Source: Felis catus (lineage: Eukaryota). From it: DNA of 64,000 nucleotides. Positions 1-12,712 of this stretch are shown in pieces. The first letter of the stretch is position 1; the number at the start of each line of letters is the position of its first letter. The DNA is taken from positions 52,020,001 to 52,084,000 of the forward strand of contig NC_058382.1 in NCBI RefSeq assembly GCF_018350175.1. The letters are read 5' to 3'. The position numbers were made by a program, and so were the translations under genes. The notes below the pieces were generated by a model. It searched no databases and was not told where the DNA came from. It saw nothing but the letters and a program-made list of their open reading frames with translations.

Positions 1-780
<780 letters not shown>

Positions 781-889
781 TTATTCCCTCGAAAAAAAAA
801 AAAATCAGGAAAAAAAAAACAACACACAAAAAACCGATGCCTCGGGGGTCTGGGCAGGGAGGGAGCTGGAAGTATGTATTTTAAATAAA

Positions 890-965
890 TCTAATATAGT
901 TATGTATGTGTGTGTGTATGTACATATATCTATATACACACATATACATCTGTATGCATATATAA
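890..965. repeat. (TA/TG/CA)n low-complexity microsatellite
   Basis: atgtatgtgtgtgtgtatgtacatatatctatatacacacatatacat. Confidence 0.8.
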
Positions 966-1034
966 TAGAGCTCCAGCAGTTTCCCAGCAAAGTTTTGGAA
1001 ACACTAGTAGCAGGCCCTTTCTGCCGTTATTAAG

Positions 1035-1160
1035 CGTGTGACTTTGGGCCATTGAAAGAACTCTCAGTCTTTTTCATCTGTAAAATGGGTTGACAGGGTT
1101 TTAATTCAGGCCGCGTACATAAAGCACTTAGCACAGATCTCATAAGTACTCCATGCTCAA
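1035..1160 (+). mobile_element. MIR-like ancient SINE fragment
   Basis: gtgtgactttgggc...ctctcagtctttttcatctgtaaaatggg...taaagcacttagcacag resembles the MIR core. Confidence 0.7.
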
Positions 1161-1214
1161 TGATTTCACTTACCCCCAACTACCCTGCAGCCGTGACAGC
1201 ACTGAAGCCTGATA

Positions 1215-1350
1215 TTAGAATCACCTGCCAATGGCCCCAAATACAGATTTCAGAGACCCTCGTGCCGCAGACACCCACCGTGGTTCGGAATCTGTGTTTT
1301 CTAGGCTTTCCACGTAAGGCAGGTTATCAATTGGCTTTGAGAAACGTGGA
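1215..1350. mobile_element. MER5A-like hAT-Charlie fragment
   Basis: ttagaatcacctg...aaatacagattt...ggaatctgtgttttct...tttgagaaac. Confidence 0.55.
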
Positions 1351-3889
1351 TGTAAATCTGATTTTCAACATCTGGAAAATGTAGAAAATATCTTTTCTTT
1401 AGTTCCTCCTCCAGCGCTTCTCATTTAACTGGTTTGGGCTCTCCCTGCCTCCATTGGTATGTTGTCAAATCCGACTAGGCGAATCTTATCTACCCCAGGT
1501 TGTGAGCCACTGCTGTCTTTGGTTGCTTGGTAGAAAGAAAACCAGAAAAGAAAAAAAAAAAAAAAAAAGGAAGACCTTGGAGAGTTGATTTATTCATGAC
1601 ACATTGGGGTTTTATCACATGCCAGGCTTTTTGCTGGGCGCTGGTTATACTGAGATAAATAAGGCCCAGTTGTCACCCGTTGTTACATGGCAGAGTGACG
1701 CGTGGGCGGTTCCCGTGCAGTCTTTGTATAGTGAGCGGCAGCCTGCTGGCAGGAGGCATGTGTGGGGAGGTGGGGGACACCGCAGGTGAGCCCGAGAGTT
1801 GGCCTCCCAACTCCTGGGCGTGTTCGGGACCGGCCCAGGTGGAGGAAACTGAGCGGAGGCCTCCGTGTGGCCTGAGTGCTGCTGGAGGCGTGGGAAGATT
1901 GAGGCGGCAGAGAAAGTCCGCGTTTTGTCGGGGAGCTGGGGCTCCATCGGCAGGACCCGGGGATCCCCCGAAGGCTTGGATCCAGGGGGTGCCAGGGGGT
2001 TTATGTCTTTCATCTTTTGGAAGGTGGTCTCGGGGTCTGGAGAATGGAAAGGATGAGTCTAGCAACAGGGGGCCGTTAGGCTGTAGCCAGGCTCCAGGCA
2101 GCTTCTGAGCGCCCACTTGCCGTTCCCTCTGCCTGGATTGCTGCACGAAGGGTTTTGTCATCCCCCCAATGCTGAGCGTAACTGCTACTGGTTTCCCCTT
2201 GTCCCTGACCCCTGCACCCTCCTCCCAGCACCTTGTTATCTGAGTCATGGTCCCTGGCCTTGCCTGTAGTCATTTTAGCCATACTGTCCCCGTTTGTGCT
2301 GTCTTCTCCCCAGATTGTAAGTTTCATGGGGGGGGGGGGGACCTTTTCTTGTTACCCTCTGTATCTCCTGTGCTTAGCACCCGGGAGACAAAGTAAGTCC
2401 CTGTGTAGTGGGGGAAGTAATTCATGCAGTGAAGGTTTCCTCCGGCCTCGCTGAGCGGGGGCATACTGGGCTTTGGAATGCAAAGGTGCCCATCACCGGG
2501 GCCCTGGCTGTCAGAGCCCTTCTCTGCCTGCTGCTTTGTGGGGGGCCTGCCTTCGTTCTGGCCACCTACCCTAGGCCCCCTGGCTTCCTGTCAAGTTTGC
2601 CTGGAGCCTGGGGTCACCCTGCCTTTCCCCTTATGTTGGCTGGCCCTTCTCATCTGCTTCCGTCCTCCATGGCATCCAGTGTCTGGGTGCTGCTTTCACT
2701 AAATAAGGTCTGCATATCCCAGCCAGCTCCTCTGAGAGCTTCTGGGGGCCCACAGCCAGGGCTTTCAGTGGTGCACGTACGGTCTCCAAAAAGGCAGTCT
2801 CCCAGCCCTCCCCGGTGTTTTGGGTCTCAAACTGGCCTGTCTGGTCCCATTGTTTACACTGAATGTAGGGACAGGGCTTGGCTGGGTCCTAACTGGGGGT
2901 CCCTCTCTCCAGTTTCCCCTGCTCTCTGTTCTTTAGCTCTCCAGGCAGAAGCATGCCTCTGACCAATCCTAATCCTGGATTCCCCTTGATCTCTCTTGAC
3001 CTGCAAGCATCCTGGTGCTTTTCTTCTAACTCTGAAAGGGTTACTTGTTCTCTCTTGGGGTTTGGGAAACTGCTAATGGGCTAAAAGAAGACTGCCCTTT
3101 GCGTCCTTACTGTTTTCATGTGGTCTTCCTCTCAATGGCAGCAAGGCCACCTCCAAGGACAGAGGCTGTAGCTCCCAGTGAGACTCTGGGATCCTAATGA
3201 GACCCCCTCGCGGACTCATAGCTTTGCCCCTCTCCCATCGTGTGGCTTCTGTGGGCGCCTCGTGCTTTCCCATGGTGCAGTCAGAAGCACACATGTCACA
3301 TGGCTCCAGGCCCACCAGGCTGGGCTTTCAGGGAGAGGATGACCCTGCCCCTGAGGGCAGACCTGGCACCAGAGAGAGCTGGTGGGCCTTTCTCCCATCC
3401 CTCACATGGTCCAGAGCAGCCTCTATGCCCAAGCTGGGAGGTGGGCATGGAAGGACGAGGTCTCAGTGCCTGGCTGTCGCTGCAGGCACCTGTGCCTCTG
3501 GGCTCTCCACCCCCAGCCCCCTTTTCTTCGGAAGCCCTCCTCACAGTCAGCTCTCAGCCTCCAAGTTAACTATACTTAAAAAAAAAAAAAAATTCTAGAA
3601 TAGCATTCTTGAGATGATATCCATGTAATGTGGTATGAATTTAATTTTGATCCTTTTGGTTTAAATTAAGATCACTGTTAATTATCTCTTTAAGTGACAA
3701 AAAAGCTTATTGAAAAAGAAAACACAGAAGAGGGTTTCTGTTTAAAGGAGAAGAAGATAACACTTTGGGGACGTGTGTCGTGCTTTTCTGTTCATTAAAA
3801 AGTCATTTTAGGTTACAATTAAGAACACTTTTTAATTAAGTTTTGCATGTAAGTATTTATTCAAATTAATACTTCTGTGTGAAAGGCAC

Positions 3890-4080
3890 AGCTCTTAGTT
3901 CTTCACACACATTAACTCATTCAGCCTTCTCTAACCCCAAGCAGTTGGTGTTACTGTCCCCATTTTACAAATGGGGAAACTGAGGCACAGGGCGGTTAAA
4001 CACCTCCACAAGAGCACACGGCTGGTGAGTGGGAGAGCCAGAAATCATGAGCCTCGGGCTCTGAGATTCTTACTACCAAA
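3890..4080 (-). mobile_element. MIR
   Basis: cccattttacaaatggggaaactgaggcacag...ggttaa MIR core. Confidence 0.75.
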
Positions 4081-4100
4081 TTATGCTCTTTTCTATGAGG

Positions 4101-4292
4101 CCCGGGGTTCTCCCCCAGGGACGCTGTGTCCTTCAGGGGACAGTTGGTGATATCTGGAGATGCTTTCTGATCCCACAACGATGGGATGTTGGCATCTGGT
4201 AGGTGGAGACCGGGGATACAGCTAATCATCCTGCAGAGCACAGGACGGTCCCAGCAGAGAGCGATCTGGCTGAAATGTCAGGAAACGCTGGG
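4101..4292. mobile_element. MER20-like hAT DNA transposon
   Basis: ggggacagttggtgatatctggagatg...ggcatctggtaggtggagaccggggat...catcctgcagagcacaggac. Confidence 0.7.
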
Positions 4293-4682
4293 TTGGGCGT
4301 TTTTTGTCAAAGTCAAAAACACGGGGGTGAGAGTGGTTATCTTGTTTTGTTTTCTTTTTCTTTTTTTTTTTTTTAACCTTTCAGGATAGAAAAAACACGT
4401 TCTGAGAGGATTTTCCAGCTCCTTTGGAAAGCGTTTATTCACTCCCCCTGTTTACATCGGGGCGGCTACGAGGGCAGGGGCAGGGCTGGGTGTGTGAGGG
4501 TTCAGGGGGACGCACGCCTGCCCGAGAGGGTCCGCGTTCCTCTCACAGGGGCACTTTGTGGATTCTCGAGGGCAGGTCTTTGAGCAGCTCGGCTCAAAGC
4601 TCATTTGATGCCTGCCTGTGGCATGGAAACTACTCGTAACACCAGGCAGAGGAAAATGATCACATCTGTAAACTTTTATTGT

Positions 4683-4711
4683 TTAATTTTTTTAATGTTT
4701 TATTTATTTTT

Positions 4712-4765
<54 letters not shown>

Positions 4766-4933
4766 ATGAGTTGGGGAGGGGCAGAGAGAGAGGGAAACAC
4801 ACAATCTAGAGAAGGTTCCAGGCTCTGAGCTGTCAGCACGGAGCTGAACGTGGGGCTCGAACTCATGAACCTCGAGATCATGACCTGAGCTGCAGTCGGA
4901 CGTCCCAACTGGCTGAGCCACCCAGGCGTCCCC
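4683..4933 (-). mobile_element. Can-SINE (SINEC_Fc type) with expanded (GA)n
   Basis: Poly-T tail, (GA)n 4714-4762, body ggctctgagctgtcagcac...ggggctcgaactc...gagccacccaggcgtcccc. Confidence 0.93.
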
Positions 4934-5947
4934 GGAAACTTTCTTGAGAAGCAGGGGGTAGGGCAGGGCAAAGAGCGGGAGCAGCGTGTGTCCTTGGAGG
5001 TGTCCGTTTTGTCTGCTGGCCGCTCCCTCCACTGTGCGAGGAGACGCAGGGGCTGTGTCAGCGGGGAGGGGCTCGTCCTTACCGGGGATTCAGAGTCTCC
5101 CTTTCTGCAAGCAGGAGTTTGTGGTGGCCGAGGTACAAGCAGAAGTGGGTCATTGCTGCTGATAACCCTGCATTTGTACAGTGACTTCACTGTTCAGTCG
5201 CTGTCACAGGTAGAGCGTCCCTTGCCTTTCCAGTGGCTTTGTGAGGTGACTGTGGGGCAGGGAGACTGGCTGACTGCAGGCACCCGAGTCTTTGGCCCCG
5301 AGTCCAGTGTCCCCCGTGACCCTGCACCTGCCACTGAGCGTTTGCAAAAACAGACCAGAAGCCGGCATTTCCCACAAAACCCTGCTTGCTGGGTGTCACA
5401 TCTTCCAGTGGATTCCTGCTCTGTCTGTCTGTTCTGTTGAAAGCAATTGGTGGGGAAGGAATATTGAGATTTTATCATCTAGATGTCAGTGATTAATCAT
5501 TATTTTCTACTTTGGCATGAGTATGTGAACTTTTAGGGAATCCAGCCTCTCCTTTGAATGCCTCTCACAACATCCAGCTGTTTCTCTGATGCAGTAATTT
5601 TCTGTTTCTCCCGACACTTCATCACCCGTTAACAGGTGTCTCTAGTCTGTTGTTGGCTCACGATTTTAATTATAACTTTGTATGCTGTTAGATAAAATGC
5701 CAAATTTACCACAAAAATGAGACTAGTTTGTATATCTGATTTGTTTAAAATAATAGGTAGCACTTTTGAGGCTTTTTACACGCAGGTACTGTGTTCAACC
5801 CTTTATGTACCTTTCCTCATAGCATTTCCTTGAGATCAGTTCTAGGGTTCTTTCCATTTTGCAGGTAGGGAAATCGAGGTTCTGAAGTTGAGTAACTTGG
5901 CTGGGTGGGCAGTTAGTTGACCTTTGGGGCTATCCTGCCACATTCTT

Positions 5948-6169
5948 TTTTTAACATTTTTTTTTTCAACGTTTATTTATTTTTGCGACAGAGAGAGACA
6001 GCATGAACGGGGGAGGGACAGAGAGAGAGAGGGAGACACAGAATCAGAAACAGGCTCCAGGCTCCGAGCCATCAGCCCAGAGCCCGACACGGGGCTCGAA
6101 CTCCCGGACCGCGAGATCGTGACCTGGCTGAAGTCGGACGCTTAACCAACTGCGCCACCCAGGCGCCCC
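5948..6169 (-). mobile_element. Young Can-SINE (SINEC_Fc) with perfect 16-bp TSD
   Basis: TSD atcctgccacattctt at 5932-5947 and 6171-6186; CpGs largely intact. Confidence 0.96.
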
Positions 6170-6701
6170 AATCCTGCCACATTCTTAAATACCTCTTGGG
6201 AGCAATTAGGAGTCAGTGGTCAAAACACTTTGAAGTTGCATCTGTGGAAAGAATAAATACTTAAGATTCATATTCTATCTAATGATCTCTAAATATCGGC
6301 ATTATATGCTAGGCTGAAGTCTGGCCACCTATCCCGGAATAAAACAAAAACAAATGCAGACCCCTTGTGACGCTCTGAGGGCTTCACTGAGTGAGCTTCC
6401 TGGGCTTGACCCACACCTGCTCCCAGTGCCCTTCCCCTCCTCCTCTGGAGCAGCTCACGGCGCCGTTCTTTCCGGAGGTTTCCTCCGGCTGCTGCTCTTC
6501 CCCACCCAGGGAATTGGATCTGGTGCAAACAGTAACATTTATGCTCTGAGTATTTCTTTTCTGAACTCTGGCTTTACTACTCTTGAGAGACAGTATTGTT
6601 TGGGAGGGGAAAAAAAAAGTTAATGCAGCTTATTAAGTTTTAGAAGTGTAACCCTTTACTTACTGTTTTTGGTGGATTTTTAACTTTTTTTTTCTTCACA
6701 G

Positions 6702-6766
6702 TCACACTGAAGAGAAGACCCAGTGGGAACACCCGAAAACTGGAAAAAGAAAACGAATAGCGGGAG
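6702..6766 (+). CDS. WWOX: WWOX coding exon 2 ([23 protein letters not shown]-half of WW1 and NLS GKRKR)
   Basis: Acceptor tttttttcttcacag|T; 65 nt; donor GAG|gtccgt; in frame with exon 1. Confidence 0.97.
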
Positions 6767-7127
6767 GTCCGTATGTTGTTCTCATAGAGCGAAGAACCTT
6801 GTATCCAAAGCGTAAATGACCTAGGAAAACTGTCACGGTCAGAGGGGTGACAGGCCGCTCTCATTCCTCGAAGGTTCTTTCCTTGCTCGGAGGAGCTCGC
6901 GGGACGGGGTGGAGGAGGCGATGAGAGTGGGGTGGGCTGGCGAGGGTGATCTCTCTTGGGCTTTCTGGAACGGCCACGCGGCCTGAGTGTGGCCCAGCGT
7001 GGCTGCTCGTCGGTGGGCCAGGCTTCGGGGTGGGGGTGGGAGGGCGTGGCGTCTCCAGACCCCGGCCCGCGTGTCCGTTCACCCCACCCCTGCCGCGCAC
7101 AGACCTGCCAGCCTTCCTGTGTTTCAG

Positions 7128-7185
7128 ACTTGCCGTATGGATGGGAGCAAGAGACCGATGAGAACGGACAAGTTTTTTTTGTCGA
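7128..7185 (+). CDS. WWOX: WWOX coding exon 3 ([21 protein letters not shown]-half of WW2)
   Basis: Acceptor ccttcctgtgtttcag|A; 58 nt; donor GA|gtaagt; peptide visible at the end of ORF 6956..7189. Confidence 0.98.
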
Positions 7186-7221
7186 GTAAGTGGCTGTATG
7201 GAAACTATTCTCAGTCATTTT

Positions 7222-7434
7222 TCTTTTCTTTTAAAGCATACTTGTTTATTTAGAGAGCGTGCACACACGCGTGTGCGTGTGTCAGAGAGAGAGGGAGAGG
7301 GAATGCCAAGCAGGATGCGCGCTGATGCCCCGAGCCTGACGTGGGGCTCGTGGGGCTTGATCTTACTGTGAGATCCTGGCCTGAGCCGAGATCAAGAGGC
7401 AGCTGTGCAGCCGACCGAGCCACCCAGGCGCCCC
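7222..7434 (-). mobile_element. Older Can-SINE ~40 nt downstream of the exon 3 donor
   Basis: gagcctgacgtggggctc...ctgagccgagatcaagag...gagccacccaggcgcccc. Confidence 0.88.
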
Positions 7435-8140
7435 GTGTTTTGCTTCACGGTGGGAATTTTTAGTTGCGAAAGTAATATACCTTGAATATAGAAAAACATG
7501 TAGTACATATAACTAATCTTATCAGTAGGAATAACTACTTTTAACAATTTTTTGATTGATTCTCCAAGTCTGGTTTCTATACACATGCTTTCCTTAAACT
7601 AGAAAAAAGTAGGGAGTGTACTGTGTGAATTATTCAGTAACCTGTTTTATTCCCATGTAATACCTTGTGAGCATTTTCTCATATGTATATTTTTCAAGAC
7701 AGTGGTGCTTAATGGCCATGGAGTCTTATTATTATTATTTTTTACAGAGATACTGTGACTTATATTATCTACTGAGCATTGATGTTGTTGAATTCCTGGG
7801 TAGTTCCTTGGCCCCTTTCCTCTGAGCCTGTTACCGTGATGTGCTGGTATGATGTCCACAACCTGTGCTGGGGTTGGGCATGGGGCGGAAAGCCCAGGTC
7901 CCTTCCCATGGTGCACATGCTTTCACCCTGGCTTCTCTCAGCCTCCCAAAGGGAAGTCTGGGAGGAGCCGGGAGAGGTGTATACATGTGGCCCCGGCTGG
8001 TGGCCGCACAGCACGTTGTGGCCTCTCACACTGTGCCCGTCCAAATGCCTCTGCGGCAGCTCTGGTTATAAGTAAAATGAAAGTTGGCTTCTTCTTGGCT
8101 CTCTCTACTTATAGGGTGATAAGTATAGATTAAAAAACAT

Positions 8141-8331
8141 GTTTTTTTAATGTTTATTTATTTTTGAGAGAGAGAAGGAGAGGCAGAGAGAGAGGGAGAC
8201 AGAATCCAAAGCAGGCTCCAGGCTCTGAGCTGTCAGCACAGAGCCCATTGTGGGGCTCGAACTCACGAACTATGAGATCATGACCTGAGCCAATGTCAGA
8301 CGCGTAACTGACTGAGCCATCCAGGCGCCCC
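8141..8331 (-). mobile_element. Can-SINE (SINEC_Fc type)
   Basis: T-rich tail, (GA)n, typical body ending ccaggcgcccc. Confidence 0.93.
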
Positions 8332-9035
8332 ATAGATTTTTAAACTATATCGTTTTAAGCGCACACATATAGTACAAGTAAACTTTAAGTCACAAAATCT
8401 CATCTATTCAGAAGAGTTAGTTCTTAATGGTTTTTAAGATATTTTGAGGTCTTTTGTCTCCGATCGGAGAGAGTACATTTAAAATGTAAAGCAATAAATC
8501 TGTTACATAGGAGTAACCTAGTAATCCGTGTGTACCAATGTATTTTAATTTTGTGTCTATAAGACTTAGCTCAAAGCCAGATCACAACTATAGTGCTTGA
8601 AGGAGGTATGAATATGGTCTTACAATGAAAATCATTGCAACTTCAGAATGTTCACACTTTTTTTTTTTTTTTTAAATATCATTTTGAGATTTCTCCCTCT
8701 CTGCCCTTGCACAGGGTTCAGAGATTTCCCTGAAATCTATGGAAAAGAGTGGCTGACAGATCTTACAGCCACATTTACATGAATTAAAAAAAGAAAAAAA
8801 TCCCAAAGCTGCCTCCTTTTTTGAGATCTTAGGATGCAAGACAGTGCTTTCTGTATGCTGCAGCGTATTTTACAGGCGGTTCTGAAGAAAAGGATTTGAT
8901 GATTATCTTTCCAGGCAGGAATGTAATCCTTCTGGAGGCCAGAAGACAGACTTAAATGGATGCCAGTTCTTTCCAGGGTTAAGAATAAGCCTTTTTAGTA
9001 CATGAAAAATGGGGTTTGCCTAGTCCAAACTCTAA

Positions 9036-9350
<315 letters not shown>

Positions 9351-10334
9351 TAAAAATGTGTTGATAGCCTTTCCTGCTATTGTTCTGTGAAGACGCTGGC
9401 CTCTTTTTAAACTGCACTGTTCTCATGCAAGGCTGCTGGGGGCTGCTGGGGGCTGCCGGGGGCGGGGCGGGGGGGGGGGTCGGCCGTGAATTCTCTGAGG
9501 GCTGGACACTCAGCACAAGGTGGTGGCCATTTTGGTTTTGAAGGACTGGAGACAGCCCGTTCCGTGCGAGGGCTCCCGACCTGGTCTATGTGGTGTGAGG
9601 ACACATTTCAGCTACCTGGGTTTTTGAAACCAGAATTGACTGGTAATGAAATAGGGGGAGAAAGGTTGCTGCAGGGTTCAGCTGGTCACTTAGTTCCTTT
9701 GGGAACAGGATCTCGTTCCTCTGTGAAGATGGGGAATTAGTCCTTGTCTTAACCTCTGGATTCACCCTCTCAACTGCAGTGACGTCATAGGTAGATGGCT
9801 CCAGAGGGTTCCTTCCTTAGGATCAGGGGCTGCCGGAAGGAACCGTGGCAGAGCAGAGGCTTGTACAGGAACTTTCCATGTGATTTTATCCTTACTTTGT
9901 TTTGATCCACTAACATCAGTGCACGTACCTGTAAGAACGAAACCGCTCTGAGTAAGGATTTGCATTCTCAGGGTGATGGACGCAGATAAAACATGGAATT
10001 ACCTCTGGGTGTCTTCTGGCAAGTTCTCTCTGCCCTTTGGCCCCTCGCGGTCCCCCCACCCCCGCCTCGTTGGCCACCTCTTTCTTAAGCTTTGTCTTCT
10101 CACCCTTTGTGCACCTCCTCCATTGTCTCCTTGCTCTGTCCTTCTTGATTTTCAGTTACTCCCTCCTGAACCTCCGCAGACACCCCCCGGCAGCATCAGG
10201 GGGAGCGCGGGAGGTGAAGATACGTTCTGTATAGCCGAGCAGGCGATAGTCCCAGAGCCGAAGTCTTGACTACGCTTGTCTATGAAGGCAAAGAGGCAAA
10301 TGGAATTTTTAAAAATTGAAAGGGAATTTATTTA

Positions 10335-10557
10335 TTTATTTAATTTTTTTTTTTAATGTTTATTTATTTTTGAGACAGAGAGAGACAGAGCATGAACAGG
10401 GGAGGGGCAGAGAGAGAGGGAGACACAGAATCTGAAATGGGCTCCAGGCTCCAAGCTGTCACCACAGAGCCCGACGTGGGGCTCGAACTCACAGACCGTG
10501 AGATCATGACCTGAGCCGAAGTCGGACGCCCAACCGACTGAGCCATCCAGGCGCCCC
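10335..10557 (-). mobile_element. Can-SINE (SINEC_Fc) with 17-bp TSD
   Basis: TSD gaaagggaatttattta at 10318-10334 and 10559-10575. Confidence 0.95.
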
Positions 10558-12494
10558 AGAAAGGGAATTTATTTAAAATCAACTCTCAGGCCTCATCGTA
10601 GGCTCAGAATATCTTCTGAACTTCTGTATTGGGGTGAATTCTATATAATCATCATTGATGTGGAAACTGATGATGATGCTGTGCTAAAAATAATGGCTGG
10701 ATCCTCAGTCACCCAAGAAGCAATATGTTGTGTTGATTGCCTTGACTGTTCTTATGGGAAGGTGTGGACCAACACGGTGTGGAGTAATTAAGAAAAAAAT
10801 CAGTGCTTAAGGAATTAAGTAAAACCTCTTTTTTTTTATTTAACACTCAGTTAACCAGGAAACTAAAATATCTCATTCCTTTACTCTTCTGGCTAGACAG
10901 TTTTTTCCTTTAATCAGTAAGGTACGTGACTACTGGCTATTTTCTGTGCGAGAGTTCAAACTTTGTTCTGTCTGACGTCAGATAGCAGACCGTTGGGTAT
11001 GGCTAATGCTCCACCAAAGATTTGCGGCATCGAAAGCATCAAAGATTGTGATCCAGGACTAGTTGAGTTGGTTCACAGTACACCAAGAGCTGTGTTTCGA
11101 TGGATCTGTAACCATCGTAAAGGAGGGGATTCTGCAGCAGTGAGAGTGAATGTGGTGTTCGTTAGAATGGACCTTGAACCTCTTGAAGACTCTTCCTCTC
11201 TGATGTCCATAATCCACTTGGTGGACACTGCAGGCAGGTGCCTGTGGTCCAGTTAGCAGTGGTGGCGGATCCTACAGCTCAGAGTGGAAGGAGTGCTGGG
11301 AGGGCCTTGGGGCGACCAGCCCTTCCTCTTCAAACACCCTCCGCCCCCCGGCTTCTTCTCTAGCTCCAGCCTCCCCTCGGAAATTGCCTTTAGTGCCGAC
11401 ACCTCAGCCCCTCTCTTCTCCACTCTTGGGAAGCTTAGGTCCAGGTGGTGCTAAAGGTTTTTATGCTTAGTTTTTGAAATAATATCGCACTGAAAATTCC
11501 GAGCAATCAAATCCTTGCAAATAACCTTCCCTCGGCAGCAGTGGTTTCAGGCTTAAAGAAAAGAGGCTGAAGAGAGGCTCGTGGCTTTTCATCATCCCTA
11601 AGTTCGCTTTTGTATCCCGCGTGGCTGCCTTAGAAAGCGTCCTTGCCCAAGTAGGCTGTGGCTTCTAGATAAAGTCCTTCCTTCTCCTGAACTGTGAAAC
11701 ATGTCAATTTATAAATTGCTATCACCACTTTTCAAATGAAATAACTGAATGCGGGGTGAATTGAGCATCTTCATTTCCAAGAGTTGTGGGCATTCCAGAA
11801 CCATCTTCCATCAGAGCTTTAATGGTGTTGGTGTTCACTTTCCTCTTGCCGAAATTTGGAGCCTGCCTTACTGTGTGTTAACTGTCCAGCCTTTACCCTT
11901 GTGGATGTCTGTTCTCTTTGGAGTAGTGTGGGCTGGAACGAAGCAGAATAGTGTTTATTTTGGGAGCGGTGACTCCTTGACTAAAAACATAGGTAACCCA
12001 CTTTGCTTTGTAAATGCTGATTTACAAACCTGGTATTTCCAGTGACTGTTTATTTTTTATATTTTAAAAATTCTCCACAAGGCATTGCCTTGTTGGAATT
12101 TGCTCTCGGTGAGGCTCGCTCTCTCTGATGGGCGGGGATGGTCGGGAGGTAAGAGGGGGCACCTCTCCTTGATGAACTTCAGTGAGGCACTGGGAGCCTG
12201 CCCACCTTGAAGCGGCCTCTTAGCAGATTTTGTGTGATTGTCTTCCTCCTCTGGCTGTGAGTGATACAGAGCTATCTTTAGAGTTTTTCGAATTTTCAAT
12301 AGTTTGTAGTACTAAGTAAGGCAGTTGGAGGGATTCCCGCTTAATTCAGCTCAAGAAGATCAGAATGATTCTGGGAGATAGGAGGATTCTGAAGAGATGT
12401 CGGCACAAAGCGTTATGCGTTCTTGAAATCTTTGTTTTCACACTTCACGTCTGTAACCAGGCATTGCTGCTGAGGCAGTTCAGCTCTCTAGACT

Positions 12495-12712
12495 CGGGGT
12501 TGGCAGACCCTGGCTGGTGGGCTAAGTCTCGTTGGTGTCTGATTTTGTAAGTTGAGTTTTATTGGAACACGGCCACTCCCGTTTGTTTCCATTTGGTCTG
12601 TGGCTGTTTTCGTGTTATCAGCAAAACCGAGTAATCACGGTAGAGACCATATGGCTTTGCAAAGCCTGAAATATTTGCTCTCTGGTCCTTTACAGAGAGA
12701 GTTCGCCACCTG
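12495..12712. mobile_element. MER58A-like hAT DNA transposon
   Basis: ggggttggcagac...ttttattggaacacggccac...aaagcctgaaatatttgctctctggtcctttacaga. Confidence 0.8.
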
